Shown here piece by piece: positions 17,007-25,517 of a DNA stretch of 31,393 nt. The notes below the pieces were generated by a model that did not search any database, was not told the origin of the DNA, and worked only from the letters and a program-made list of their open reading frames with translations. This DNA is from Planctomycetota bacterium (lineage in GTDB: Bacteria > Planctomycetota > Brocadiia > JAADGH01): assembly GCA_013152475.1 (NCBI GenBank), contig JAADGH010000027.1, positions 608-32,000 on the forward strand, in the 5' to 3' direction. Both the position numbers and the translations under genes were made by a program. How positions within the stretch are numbered: position 1 is the first letter of the stretch; the number at the start of each line of letters is the position of its first letter.

Positions 17007-17651
17007 ATGGTCATATGGATATTGGATCAATCAAGACACTGGAAACCTGTCGGGCTGAAAGACGGATTGATCAGCGTTGGCGTGAGCGATGGGCGAGCCG
17101 CCGTAGTGAGTCCAGATGAAGGCAATGCCGTGGCGTCGTTGATCCCTTACCAGGATCTCAATGGCCGCAGGCGCTGCTTTCTGATCTGCCGACGGGGTAG
17201 CCACGTGCGCTGCAAGGGCCTCCCTATTTTGGCGGGGGTACGGGTGCTTTCGGACAAAGATGAGATTGCGCTCGGCAACGGGCCGGAAGCGAGATTCTAC
17301 TATTCCCAGGAGTCCAAGCCGCAGATCGTGCCGTTCGAGGAGGGACCAAGGCCCACCTACTGCGCACGATCGAAGGCCAGGATCACCCAAGGCACTCCTG
17401 CGGTACAGTGCCCCTCGTGCGGGCTTTGGTACATCGAGACGGACGAGATGCCAGCGTACACCTACTGCGGGGAGCCCTGTGTGGGATGCGGGCGCCCGAC
17501 GACCACTGACTATTCGTGGGCGCCCGATCCCCTTCCCGCCCTACGACCAGAAGGCCAACGGTTATGGGAGAAGTGGTGTTCCCCCAGGACCATGAAACCG
17601 CAGGTGAGCAAACGGAGCAGTAAGGTGACTCCCGCAGCGGATTCGAGGTGA
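17007..17651 (+). CDS. hypothetical protein, FHA-like N-terminal domain plus CxxC...CxxC zinc ribbon
   Basis: LISVGVSDG...FLICRRGSHVRCKGLPILAGVRVLSDKDEIALGNGPEARFYY resembles the FHA strand pattern. C-terminal CPSCGLWY...YCGEPCVGCGRP. First gene after the sigma-54 promoter candidate. Confidence 0.6.
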   Translation: MVIWILDQSRHWKPVGLKDGLISVGVSDGRAAVVSPDEGNAVASLIPYQDLNGRRRCFLICRRGSHVRCKGLPILAGVRVLSDKDEIALGNGPEARFYYSQESKPQIVPFEEGPRPTYCARSKARITQGTPAVQCPSCGLWYIETDEMPAYTYCGEPCVGCGRPTTTDYSWAPDPLPALRPEGQRLWEKWCSPRTMKPQVSKRSSKVTPAADSR

Positions 17652-17657
17652 GACCAG

Positions 17658-18815
17658 ATGATTACACAGGAACGCTATTCGAGATTGAAAGCAATCTGGG
17701 GTGCACCCAATCTGTCTTGCCTCCGATCCAAGACCGTTATGGTCATCGGTTGTGGAAATCTCGGCGGGCAGATCATTCCGCACCTTGCGATGCTTGGCGT
17801 CGGTATGGTGCTTGTGGACCACGACCGGGTGAAAGCGCCGAACCTCGGGAATCAGGCGTTTGATGTGGCGCACATGGAAAAATCGAAGGTTTCCGGCCGT
17901 GAAGAGCAAGTGAAGAGGATCAACCCGGAGTGCAGAATCGAGACACTGGATGCGCGAGTTGAAGCCCTCGGTATGGGGGTGTTCCGAGATGTCGATATGG
18001 TGTTCTGCTGTTTGGACAATCTGGCCTCCCGTCTCTGGGTGAACGAGGCATGCCTTCGGTTGTCCGTGCCTTGGGTGGATGCCGCTCTGGATGGATCCGG
18101 CAAGACTACATATGCCAAGGTCGCCTGTTTTCCGAATACGGACGGGTCGGCCTGTTACCTCTGCTCGTGGGATGCGGACGCTCTGCAGGGGACTCTTCGC
18201 ACAGAAAATGGCGGATGCAAGTCCTGGTGGGACATCGGCAATGAAGATGCCCCTCCAACGCTGAGTTCATCGTGTCAAGCTGCAGTGGCGGCCGGCATTC
18301 AATGCGTTGCGGGACTTCGGATGCTGCTGGGCGATGGGGAAGCCGACTCCTCCCACGAGATCATCGTCAATCCAGAGGCAGGCTTCATGCGACGGGTGTG
18401 TCTGAAGGCGAATGTGGAGTCATGCATCGCGCCCCACGAGCCGTTCATGGATGTGGCAAGAGCGGGTGCTGGCCGCGCGTTGTCGGTCAACGACCTGTTC
18501 AGTCTGGCGGAGCGAAAGCTCGGCCCGGGTGTGGAGCTGGTCTTGCATGGGAGGGATTTGCTGACGACAGTCGATTGTGCAGCGTGCCAGAAAGGGAACG
18601 GTATCTGGCGGATGACCAATAACAGTGCGAAGAGCAAGATGACATGCCTGTGCGGAGCGCCGCTTACGCCGACTCCGCTGAGCGTGCTCAGGCAGATGGA
18701 CCGAGGCGCCGTGACGCCGATCCTGACACACACATGGGCGGAACTTGGATTGCCGCGGAAGGACATAGTCACCGCGAAGAAGAACGGTGCGAGTGTTCAC
18801 TTCCTCATCGAATAG
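17658..18815 (+). CDS. ThiF/MoeB-family E1-like adenylyltransferase
   Basis: RYSRL at the N-terminus. Rossmann VMVIGCGNLGGQIIPHLAMLGVGMVLVDHDRV. CCLDNLASRLWVNEAC (DN..R motif). Two CxxC pairs (CYLC, CAAC) as in the ThiF/MoeB zinc site. Only 6 nt after the previous gene. Confidence 0.85.
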   Translation: MITQERYSRLKAIWGAPNLSCLRSKTVMVIGCGNLGGQIIPHLAMLGVGMVLVDHDRVKAPNLGNQAFDVAHMEKSKVSGREEQVKRINPECRIETLDARVEALGMGVFRDVDMVFCCLDNLASRLWVNEACLRLSVPWVDAALDGSGKTTYAKVACFPNTDGSACYLCSWDADALQGTLRTENGGCKSWWDIGNEDAPPTLSSSCQAAVAAGIQCVAGLRMLLGDGEADSSHEIIVNPEAGFMRRVCLKANVESCIAPHEPFMDVARAGAGRALSVNDLFSLAERKLGPGVELVLHGRDLLTTVDCAACQKGNGIWRMTNNSAKSKMTCLCGAPLTPTPLSVLRQMDRGAVTPILTHTWAELGLPRKDIVTAKKNGASVHFLIE

Positions 18816-18828
18816 GAGCATCGACGAG

Positions 18829-19374
18829 ATGAAAGGCGAAGACAGCGTATTCAGGAAGTTCCTCGATAACAGCTACGACCGAGGACGCGAACTGGAACGG
18901 GAAAGTGATATCCTGCGAATCGAGGCGCGACGCGGGGAACCGCCGACGGGTTTTCTGTGCAGCTTTGTTGGTGTCGAACACTTGGTTCGAGATCCGGACG
19001 GCACGGTAGAGAAGTGCACAGACCCTATCCTGATCGAGGTGCAGTTCCCCCCGGACTACCTGAAGTCGTGCGATCCTCATCTGGGGCTGCGGGTTGTGGG
19101 GATGTTGAACCGGAACATCTTTCACCCCAACATCCGTCCCCCGGCAGTCTGTCTCGGGAATGCGCTCCGGCCCGGGACAACGCTCGACGAGATACTGAGG
19201 TACGTCTACGAGATTATCAGCTATCAGAACGTCACGCCGAACGAATCGGATGCATTCTCGGCAGAGGCGTGCCGTTACGTGAGAGAGCACCCGGGGGTGC
19301 TGAGCGGATTGCGCATTCCGCCTCTACGCAGGAGAAAGTTGAGGAACGTGACCACTACGGTGAGGTCGCTCTGA
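18829..19374 (+). CDS. E2-like ubiquitin-conjugating (UBC-fold) protein
   Basis: VQFPPDYL...NRNIFHPNIRPPAVCLG carries the HPN motif followed by Cys at the canonical E2 spacing. The track ORF from 18787 would overlap the E1 end. The ATG at 18829 is used here. Confidence 0.8.
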   Translation: MKGEDSVFRKFLDNSYDRGRELERESDILRIEARRGEPPTGFLCSFVGVEHLVRDPDGTVEKCTDPILIEVQFPPDYLKSCDPHLGLRVVGMLNRNIFHPNIRPPAVCLGNALRPGTTLDEILRYVYEIISYQNVTPNESDAFSAEACRYVREHPGVLSGLRIPPLRRRKLRNVTTTVRSL

Positions 19375-19391
19375 CGGGAGAAGTGGAAAAC

Positions 19392-20291
19392 ATGAACGAT
19401 GGAATTCACACACGTCTCTGGGGCCCAGGTACAGGAAGCCGCCCCCAGTCGCCTCTGGACAGGTTGGAGAAAGAGGTGAACGGATTTGTGAGGACACCGG
19501 ACGGTGCGGGCAGATTCGCCGTCGGAACCGCAGAGGTTGATGTGCGCCAGGACACGGAGCAGTGCCTGGTGCTCTCGGCCCCGCTCAGGAACGGATACGT
19601 CACGAAGATGGAGTTGTTGCGCCGTCAGCATTTCATCCAAGGTCCGTGCAAGTTCGCCGGCAATGGGCGGGGCAAGGTCCTGATCGCCGAGGCATTTCTG
19701 CGGCGTTCCAAAGAGCGGCTGATGGAGGCGTTCGAGGCGGCAACGGAGGGAATCGAGGCGGCAACACGCCTCGTTTCATGCAGCAACGCGAATTCCCAGG
19801 CGGCCCCCGGCTTCTTCCTGCGGGCAATCGACACGAAACAGAAAGACTTGGTGGAACGCTCGCTGGATGATCTCGGGGTGTCTGCGGCGCTTCGTGAAGA
19901 CGGCGTCTGGGCATGGTCTGTCGATACGAGCCGTCTACTGCATAGGATCCGGGTGAGGATTTCCGAAGGAAAGGAGAACTACTATGTTCATGTGGAAATC
20001 ACTGGCGACCCTTTGGGGACGCTTCTATCGACCGAGAGCCAAGAGGCCGTGGCCCGATTTGTTCTCGAAGCGAATCACAGCCTCCGTTTCGCTCGTTGCT
20101 CTGTGGCCGATGTTGAGAACGATTCCGGCCCCATGTTTCTTGCGGAGGCGGTCGTGCCGATAACCTTGTTCGACCATGAGCTGGCCAAGGCCATGATCGA
20201 CAGCGTTGTAGTGGCAGGGGAACAGGTTCGCGATGAAATCAACGCACTATGTCAGCCTGATGTCGCCCGCGCCTACCTCGGGATGCGGTGA
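19392..20291 (+). CDS. hypothetical protein (299 aa) embedded between E2 and Ubl genes
   Basis: Uninterrupted frame starting MNDGIHTRLW at the ATG at 19392, 17 nt after the E2 stop. The 444-aa track ORF from 18957 is an upstream extension through the E2 gene. No catalytic motif recognised. Confidence 0.65.
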   Translation: MNDGIHTRLWGPGTGSRPQSPLDRLEKEVNGFVRTPDGAGRFAVGTAEVDVRQDTEQCLVLSAPLRNGYVTKMELLRRQHFIQGPCKFAGNGRGKVLIAEAFLRRSKERLMEAFEAATEGIEAATRLVSCSNANSQAAPGFFLRAIDTKQKDLVERSLDDLGVSAALREDGVWAWSVDTSRLLHRIRVRISEGKENYYVHVEITGDPLGTLLSTESQEAVARFVLEANHSLRFARCSVADVENDSGPMFLAEAVVPITLFDHELAKAMIDSVVVAGEQVRDEINALCQPDVARAYLGMR

Positions 20292-20330
20292 TACTGGGTC
20301 TCGTGGAAAAATGGAAGGAGGTGAAGGAAT

Positions 20331-20597
20331 ATGGGAGAGCCAAGAGGGTTCATCAGATCATTGTCCGTGACGGATTGGAACCAACAGAAACGAGTGGATT
20401 TCGACGGGAAGATCGAACTGGACAGCTCTGTGGGAGAGATACTGAAGGAAGCGGTCCACAGGCTCGACCTGCCGCGGAACACGGCCTACAGCGCCGTCTT
20501 GGAGGGAAGAAAGCTGATCAACAGCGAAACCCTCGACAAGGCCGGCGTGAAAGAAGCCGACGAGATCATGGTCACCCCCGAGGTGACTGCCGGATGA
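20331..20597 (+). CDS. small ubiquitin-like (beta-grasp-sized) protein ending in Gly
   Basis: 88 aa, with a strong RBS (GGAAGGAGGTGAAGG) upstream. The C-terminus is ...MVTPEVTAG-stop, so a C-terminal Gly is exposed without processing. It sits between the E2 and JAB genes. Confidence 0.7.
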   Translation: MGEPRGFIRSLSVTDWNQQKRVDFDGKIELDSSVGEILKEAVHRLDLPRNTAYSAVLEGRKLINSETLDKAGVKEADEIMVTPEVTAG

Positions 20598-20744
20598 TCG
20601 GCAGGATCGATACGGCTACGGACCTCACGTTTCTTCAGTCTCGGCAGTGAGCCCCAAGCGCCGATGGCGGGCGAATATGGAGATGGCTGGGCTCCCGCGA
20701 AGGGGTAGCGGGAAGCTCCAGCCGGACAATAGGCATGTGATCGT

Positions 20745-21842
20745 ATGGAAAGGAAAGCTACGGTGAGTATTCCGGCAGCAGCGACCTCTCAGAACAAGTA
20801 CACGTTCACGCTTGAGTTGGCCGATCTGGAGCTGACCAAGATTTTGCACCGGGAGCCGCTCCAGGCCGTCTCCAGACTTGTCGAGCACTTCATTTTCGAG
20901 GTGCGATGCCGCGGACTCATTGATGACGGTGCGGAGGATCCCCCGTCCGAGGTGATCCCGGTCTGGTCGGGCGGTTCCGAAGGCCCGTTCGTCAATGGCA
21001 TCCGTGTGCGTCTCGACTTCAACGGAGACAAGGATGCTGTGGTGAAGGACTTCGGCATCACACACTTTGCCAGCCAAGCCCGTACCGTTGCGTCCAACCT
21101 GATTGTGCGCGGTGTGCTCAAGCAGGACGAGCGATTCCACTATCTGATCAGCGCGTTGCGCAGTGATGTGCAGACCGAAACGAGCGGCCAAGAGCCAAAA
21201 CGAGGATTCCACACCTCCGTTCGGACGCCGAGAATCGCGTTTCTCCCAACGCCTCTCGCCTCTCTGTCGTCCACTCTCGCCACAGATGAGGCGCAGGAGA
21301 AATTCTTGGATGTCTTGATTCCCAGGGTGGTCGCCGACGAGATCCTTGGGCGTGTCGAGCAGTCCAATGAAGACGAATTGGGCGGATTCCTGATAGGCAA
21401 CCTTTGTCGCGATCCATCGTCCGGTCGGGCATTTGTGCTGGTGAACGCGCAGGTTGAGGCCCGCGAAGGGACCGAAGCGACGTGCACGAGCTTCAAGTTC
21501 ACCGACCGAACATTCCTGGCGGCATCTCACTGTCTCCAATCGCGACGGCGAAAGGGCGAGCGCATCGTGGGCTGGTACCATAGCCATGTGTTCTGCAGGA
21601 AGTGCGAGAAGCGGAACACATGTGACGTCGGCACCGTGTTCTGGTCGCAGAGCGACCAGACGGTACACGAGTCGGCATTCCCACACCCCTACCAGTTCGG
21701 TTTGGTGGTGGGCTACGGTGGCGGCGCCAAGAACACCGGAAACGGCCCATACGCATTTAAGTTGTACGGTTGGCGGGACTGCATGATTACCGAACGACCG
21801 GTCACCATAGTGAATGGAGTGGATGATGGTGAAGCAGAATAA
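20745..21842 (+). CDS. JAB/MPN (JAMM) metallopeptidase with ~190-aa N-terminal extension
   Basis: JAMM elements are present: EDELGGFLIG (Glu), GWYHSH (HxH), WSQSD (SxxD). A Cys-rich insert FCRKCEKRNTCD lies between HxH and SxxD. Confidence 0.8.
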   Translation: MERKATVSIPAAATSQNKYTFTLELADLELTKILHREPLQAVSRLVEHFIFEVRCRGLIDDGAEDPPSEVIPVWSGGSEGPFVNGIRVRLDFNGDKDAVVKDFGITHFASQARTVASNLIVRGVLKQDERFHYLISALRSDVQTETSGQEPKRGFHTSVRTPRIAFLPTPLASLSSTLATDEAQEKFLDVLIPRVVADEILGRVEQSNEDELGGFLIGNLCRDPSSGRAFVLVNAQVEAREGTEATCTSFKFTDRTFLAASHCLQSRRRKGERIVGWYHSHVFCRKCEKRNTCDVGTVFWSQSDQTVHESAFPHPYQFGLVVGYGGGAKNTGNGPYAFKLYGWRDCMITERPVTIVNGVDDGEAE

Positions 21843-23520
21843 AGACGAAGACATCCTGAAGGTGCTGCTGGGTGAGGAGCTTCCGGCAGCGGAAGAAGAC
21901 AGCCGGCTGGAGAGGCTCCTCAGCGGTGATCCGCCGAAGGGCGTTCTGGTGGAGATGTTGCTGCGCGCCACCAACCAGAAGCGCAAGCTCGAGTTGGGCC
22001 TCCAGGAGGCAAAGAAGCTGGATCAAAAGAAGAGCAAGTTGATCCAGGAGTTGACGGCTCTTCCGTGGTATCCGGCGAAGTTTGTCAGGCGATGCGACAA
22101 CATGCCCGGGAAGGTCTATGTTTCTGTGGGTCACAGCGAGATGCTCGTCGGCTGCGCCAACGGGATTCGCCCGGATGAGCTGCGTCACAGCCAAACGGTT
22201 CTCCTGTCGCACGAGAGGAACTGTATCGTCGGCGTCGATGACTGCCCTTCGCGCTTTGGCGATATCGGCACGGTGGATCGTGTGCTGGGGGAACAGGCCA
22301 TTCTGAAAATCAATGAAGCCGAGGAGATTCGCGTGGGTCTCTCCGATGAACTGCGGGCGGACCCACCGAAGACGGGAGACCGGGTGATATACGACCGAGG
22401 CCTGCTTCTCGCTTTGGAGATTCTTCCCAAGCAAGAGGAGGAGAGCTCTATTCTGGAGGACGTTGACAGCTCGATCAGCTTCGACATGATTGGCGGACTG
22501 GATGACGTAATCGATCAGATCCTCGAAGACGTGGCCCTCCATCTGTTCCACCGTGACCTGGTGCGGGAGCATCGGCTCCGCCCTTCAAAAGGCATTATCC
22601 TGGCGGGACCGCCTGGGGTAGGGAAGACGATGATTGGGAAAGCGCTTGGCACGTTTCTGAAGTCACAGGCGGTCACATCCGGGGAAGTGAAGTTCTGCGC
22701 CCTCCCCCCGGGATCGTTCCGGTCACACTATTATGGGATGACGGAGCAGCGAATCCGGCAGGTTTTTCGGGTCTGCAGGGATTTCTCGAAACGCAAAGAC
22801 GGCAACCGATGCATTCTCTTCTGTGACGAACTCGATACATGGGGGCGTCGCTCCGCAGACGTCACGAACAGCGTGGATTCGAGGGTGCTGACGTGCTTCC
22901 TGAGCGAAGTGGATGGGCTTGATGAGACCGGAAACATCTTTCTCATTGGGGCGACAAACCGGGCGGACGATCTTGTGGATTCCGCCCTTATGCGGCCCGG
23001 GCGCTTTGGCGACAATATCCTTCGCATCCCCCGTCCCGGACGCGAAGCAATCCGCGACATCTTCGGGAAGTATCTCACCCCCGACCTGCCCTTCAGGCGC
23101 AACGGACACCGGGCGTCGCAGGCGGAAGCCGCCGAGATTGCGGCCGAAATCATCGATGCCGCAACATCGAGAATCTTCCGCGCCAATGATGACGCGAGGA
23201 TTGCCACGTTGATCATGCGTGATGGGTCGCGGCGCGACGTTCATGCCCGGGAGATCATATCGGGGGCCATGTGTGAGAATATCGTCCGCCGCGCGAAGGT
23301 GAGATCGTGTGTGCGTGGACTTGCGGAAGAAACGGGCATCACGCCGGCCGACGTGATCGAGGCAGTGGACGACGAAGTGACCTCGGCGGCACGCTCTCTC
23401 CGATCTCCGAGCAATGCCAGGGCGGTGCTCGGCTTGAGTAGTGACAACGATATTGTGCGCGTGGAGTTTCCTTCGGATGGCGCCGAGCACATTCGCCCTC
23501 ATCGTTATGTTCGAGCGTGA
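21814..23520 (+). CDS. Mpa/ARC/PAN-like AAA+ unfoldase (coiled coil - OB-like - classical AAA)
   Basis: Coiled coil NQKRKLELGLQEAKKLDQKKSKLIQEL, then a beta-rich segment. Walker A ILAGPPGVGKT, pore loop HYYG, Walker B ILFCDELD, sensor LIGATNR, RPGRFG box. Overlaps the JAB stop by 29 nt, with alternative ATGs at 21823 and 21826. Confidence 0.85.
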   Translation: MEWMMVKQNKDEDILKVLLGEELPAAEEDSRLERLLSGDPPKGVLVEMLLRATNQKRKLELGLQEAKKLDQKKSKLIQELTALPWYPAKFVRRCDNMPGKVYVSVGHSEMLVGCANGIRPDELRHSQTVLLSHERNCIVGVDDCPSRFGDIGTVDRVLGEQAILKINEAEEIRVGLSDELRADPPKTGDRVIYDRGLLLALEILPKQEEESSILEDVDSSISFDMIGGLDDVIDQILEDVALHLFHRDLVREHRLRPSKGIILAGPPGVGKTMIGKALGTFLKSQAVTSGEVKFCALPPGSFRSHYYGMTEQRIRQVFRVCRDFSKRKDGNRCILFCDELDTWGRRSADVTNSVDSRVLTCFLSEVDGLDETGNIFLIGATNRADDLVDSALMRPGRFGDNILRIPRPGREAIRDIFGKYLTPDLPFRRNGHRASQAEAAEIAAEIIDAATSRIFRANDDARIATLIMRDGSRRDVHAREIISGAMCENIVRRAKVRSCVRGLAEETGITPADVIEAVDDEVTSAARSLRSPSNARAVLGLSSDNDIVRVEFPSDGAEHIRPHRYVRA

Positions 23521-23547
23521 AGCGACCGAAGAAAGGCAGGAATTCCG

Positions 23548-25254
23548 ATGGCAGTCAAGAAGATCACCGGCGCCGACATCGAGTTTGGCAACAGCATCGT
23601 GGGCCGAAAGTCAGGTTCCCAAAGCACGTCATATGAAGCGTGTCAATATCTCTTGAATGAGGTGGATGGGATCGCACCGCTTTCGGGATGGCGCAATAAT
23701 GTGGGATTCTACCAGACGCATTACGCCACATGCGGGACGGAATTGCCCAATAGCGGGGTATGGGGGAATGCCACCAATGCCCACACACAAGGCAGCGCCT
23801 ACAACTATCGCGACTACGGGCGAAAGTGGCGCAACTACTGCATCTATGGTGACTTGGGCCATTGTGAAGGCTGCCTACCAGAGACCACATCGGCCTTCGA
23901 CCACGTTGCCGCCCTCCACGGCCTCTACAATCTGGTCGAGAATCTCATGAGGCAGGCCAACGAGAAACTCCCCGACGGACAAGAGTTGTTTGTAACGGCG
24001 AATAACTCGGATGGGTCCAGGGTGTCGAGTTGGGGGGCACATTTCAATGTGCTGATCACGCGCAACTTGCGGAGACAGATTTTCACGCGAAAACCTCACA
24101 AGCTTGGAATGCTTGCGTCATTCTTCGCTTCCTCGGCGCCGCTCTTCGGCCAGGGCCATGTATTGAGGCGGAGGGACGGCAAGTCGAAGTTCGTTCTGTC
24201 CTCCCGGGCCCATCAGACCGGCGTTCTGGTCGATCCCTCTACGACCGTCCCGTTTCGCCGTCCGATTGTGAACTCCCGGGACGAACGGCACGCCTCAGAA
24301 GACCTGGCGCGCCTGCACATCATCTGCTACGACGCCAATCTGCAGCAGATAGGAACGCTGCTGAGGGTGTGGCTTACCCAAGCTTTCCTCGCCGCCATGG
24401 AGGAGGGATTCTTCGACTCGAAACTGCTGCTGGATGATCCTGTGGCGGCCTTCCGCTGCTGGTCAGGAGGGTTCTCGGTCACTACGGGCAGAATCGAGAG
24501 GAAATGCCGTTTGGCCTTTGGGGGGAAGATATCGCCCGTTGAGTGGTTCATGGCCCTGACGGAGGCACTGGTGAACATGCACGACGCCGGTCTGCTTCCG
24601 GAGGAGATCGTTCCGGACACAGATCGGATACTGCCAATCTGGATTGACTCGCTCCGGAAATTCGCGGAAGGCAACGTGACCGCCCTTGCGAAGCGCTTCG
24701 ATTGGGCTCTGAAGCTGACGATCCTGGACCGTCAAATGTCGGAGCATGGCTTCGACCTGCAGTCGCCGGAAGCCGCGCTCCTGAACCAGATGTACGCTCA
24801 TATAGACAAGGAACGAGGTCTGTACTTCGCCCTGGAGAAGGCCGGTTTTCTGGAGACCGCCGTACGCCCCCAGAGAATCGCGTTCATGCAGGCAAACGGC
24901 CCTATGGATACGAGGGCCTTCGCCAGGAAGTCAATCATTGAGAAGTTCTCGGATAACATTCGGCGAATCGACTGGGGGAAAATCACGTTGGAGATTCCCA
25001 GCAACAACGGCTGGGGGAGTCGGAAGACAATACTCCTCGACCATCCCGGTCACTACACTCAAGCGGAGGTCGGACAACTGATTGAGGAGTGCCGCACAGT
25101 AGAGGACCTCTGCAGAGCCATGGAAACGCATGATCCGAACACTGTGCGGTCGTCGTCCCTTGTGGTGCGGGACTGCGGCAGCGTAGAACCCGGATGTTGC
25201 GGCACTGAAACGCAGTGGCCTAACAGGGGAGAACAGGAGACCCAGAGGAAATGA
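23548..25254 (+). CDS. Pup-ligase/Dop family (PafA-like) protein 1
   Basis: Three segments match my recollection of M. tuberculosis PafA:
- KKITGADIEFG (cf. PafA RIMGIETEFG).
- ANNSDGSRVSSWGAHFNVL (cf. KNNTDSAGNSYGCHENYL).
- RPIVNSRDERHA..LARLHIICYDANLQQIGTLL (cf. RPIINTRDEPHA..RRLHVIVGDSNMSETTTML). Confidence 0.8.
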   Translation: MAVKKITGADIEFGNSIVGRKSGSQSTSYEACQYLLNEVDGIAPLSGWRNNVGFYQTHYATCGTELPNSGVWGNATNAHTQGSAYNYRDYGRKWRNYCIYGDLGHCEGCLPETTSAFDHVAALHGLYNLVENLMRQANEKLPDGQELFVTANNSDGSRVSSWGAHFNVLITRNLRRQIFTRKPHKLGMLASFFASSAPLFGQGHVLRRRDGKSKFVLSSRAHQTGVLVDPSTTVPFRRPIVNSRDERHASEDLARLHIICYDANLQQIGTLLRVWLTQAFLAAMEEGFFDSKLLLDDPVAAFRCWSGGFSVTTGRIERKCRLAFGGKISPVEWFMALTEALVNMHDAGLLPEEIVPDTDRILPIWIDSLRKFAEGNVTALAKRFDWALKLTILDRQMSEHGFDLQSPEAALLNQMYAHIDKERGLYFALEKAGFLETAVRPQRIAFMQANGPMDTRAFARKSIIEKFSDNIRRIDWGKITLEIPSNNGWGSRKTILLDHPGHYTQAEVGQLIEECRTVEDLCRAMETHDPNTVRSSSLVVRDCGSVEPGCCGTETQWPNRGEQETQRK

Positions 25255-25300
25255 GCAGTGACCTGACGCGGAAGATGGACCCGATTGACGAAAGGAGCAC

Positions 25301-25516
25301 ATGATGAGTGGCGAAAGAGAAATATTCCGTCGTCGTCCAGGAAGCAACGATCCAAACGATGAATTGAATGGCCCAGATGCCGAGCGACTTCAGAATGCAA
25401 GGAACCAAGCTGGGGATTTTGACTCGGTTATCGGGCGGGCCCTTGCGTCTTTGCGAAACCAGAAGAACTCGGCAGAGAACATCCTGAAGTCCATAAGAAA
25501 CCCGGGCGGAGAATAA
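25301..25516 (+). CDS. Pup-like small protein modifier ending in GGE
   Basis: 71 aa, with AAAGGAG 3-6 nt before ATGATG. Polar and low-complexity N-half. The C-terminus NSAENILKSIRNPGGE-stop resembles M. tuberculosis Pup ENAEDFVRAYVQKGGQ, with the AE at the same distance from the end. The stop lies 1 nt before the next start. Confidence 0.7.
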   Translation: MMSGEREIFRRRPGSNDPNDELNGPDAERLQNARNQAGDFDSVIGRALASLRNQKNSAENILKSIRNPGGE

Positions 25517-25517
25517 G

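Noticed and set aside
18957-19391. 5' extension of the 444-aa track ORF
   Set aside because: It overlaps the E2 gene in another frame and is Arg/Gly/Pro-rich. The ATG at 19392, just after the E2 stop, is the plausible start.
20594-20650. 18-codon mini-ORF (MIGRIDTATDLTFLQSRQ) whose ATG overlaps the Ubl stop (ATGA)
   Set aside because: Coupling geometry is suggestive, but the ORF is too short to support without conservation or ribosome-profiling data.
20680-20700. Possible second sigma-54-like element TGGCTGGGCTCCCGC in the Ubl-JAB gap
   Set aside because: The GG-N10-GC spacing fits, but the flanking bases match the consensus poorly (CCGC instead of TTGC). This is likely chance in GC-rich DNA.
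20625-21986. 453-aa minus-strand ORF
   Set aside because: Antisense to the JAB gene. No motifs, and Arg/Ser/Leu-rich.
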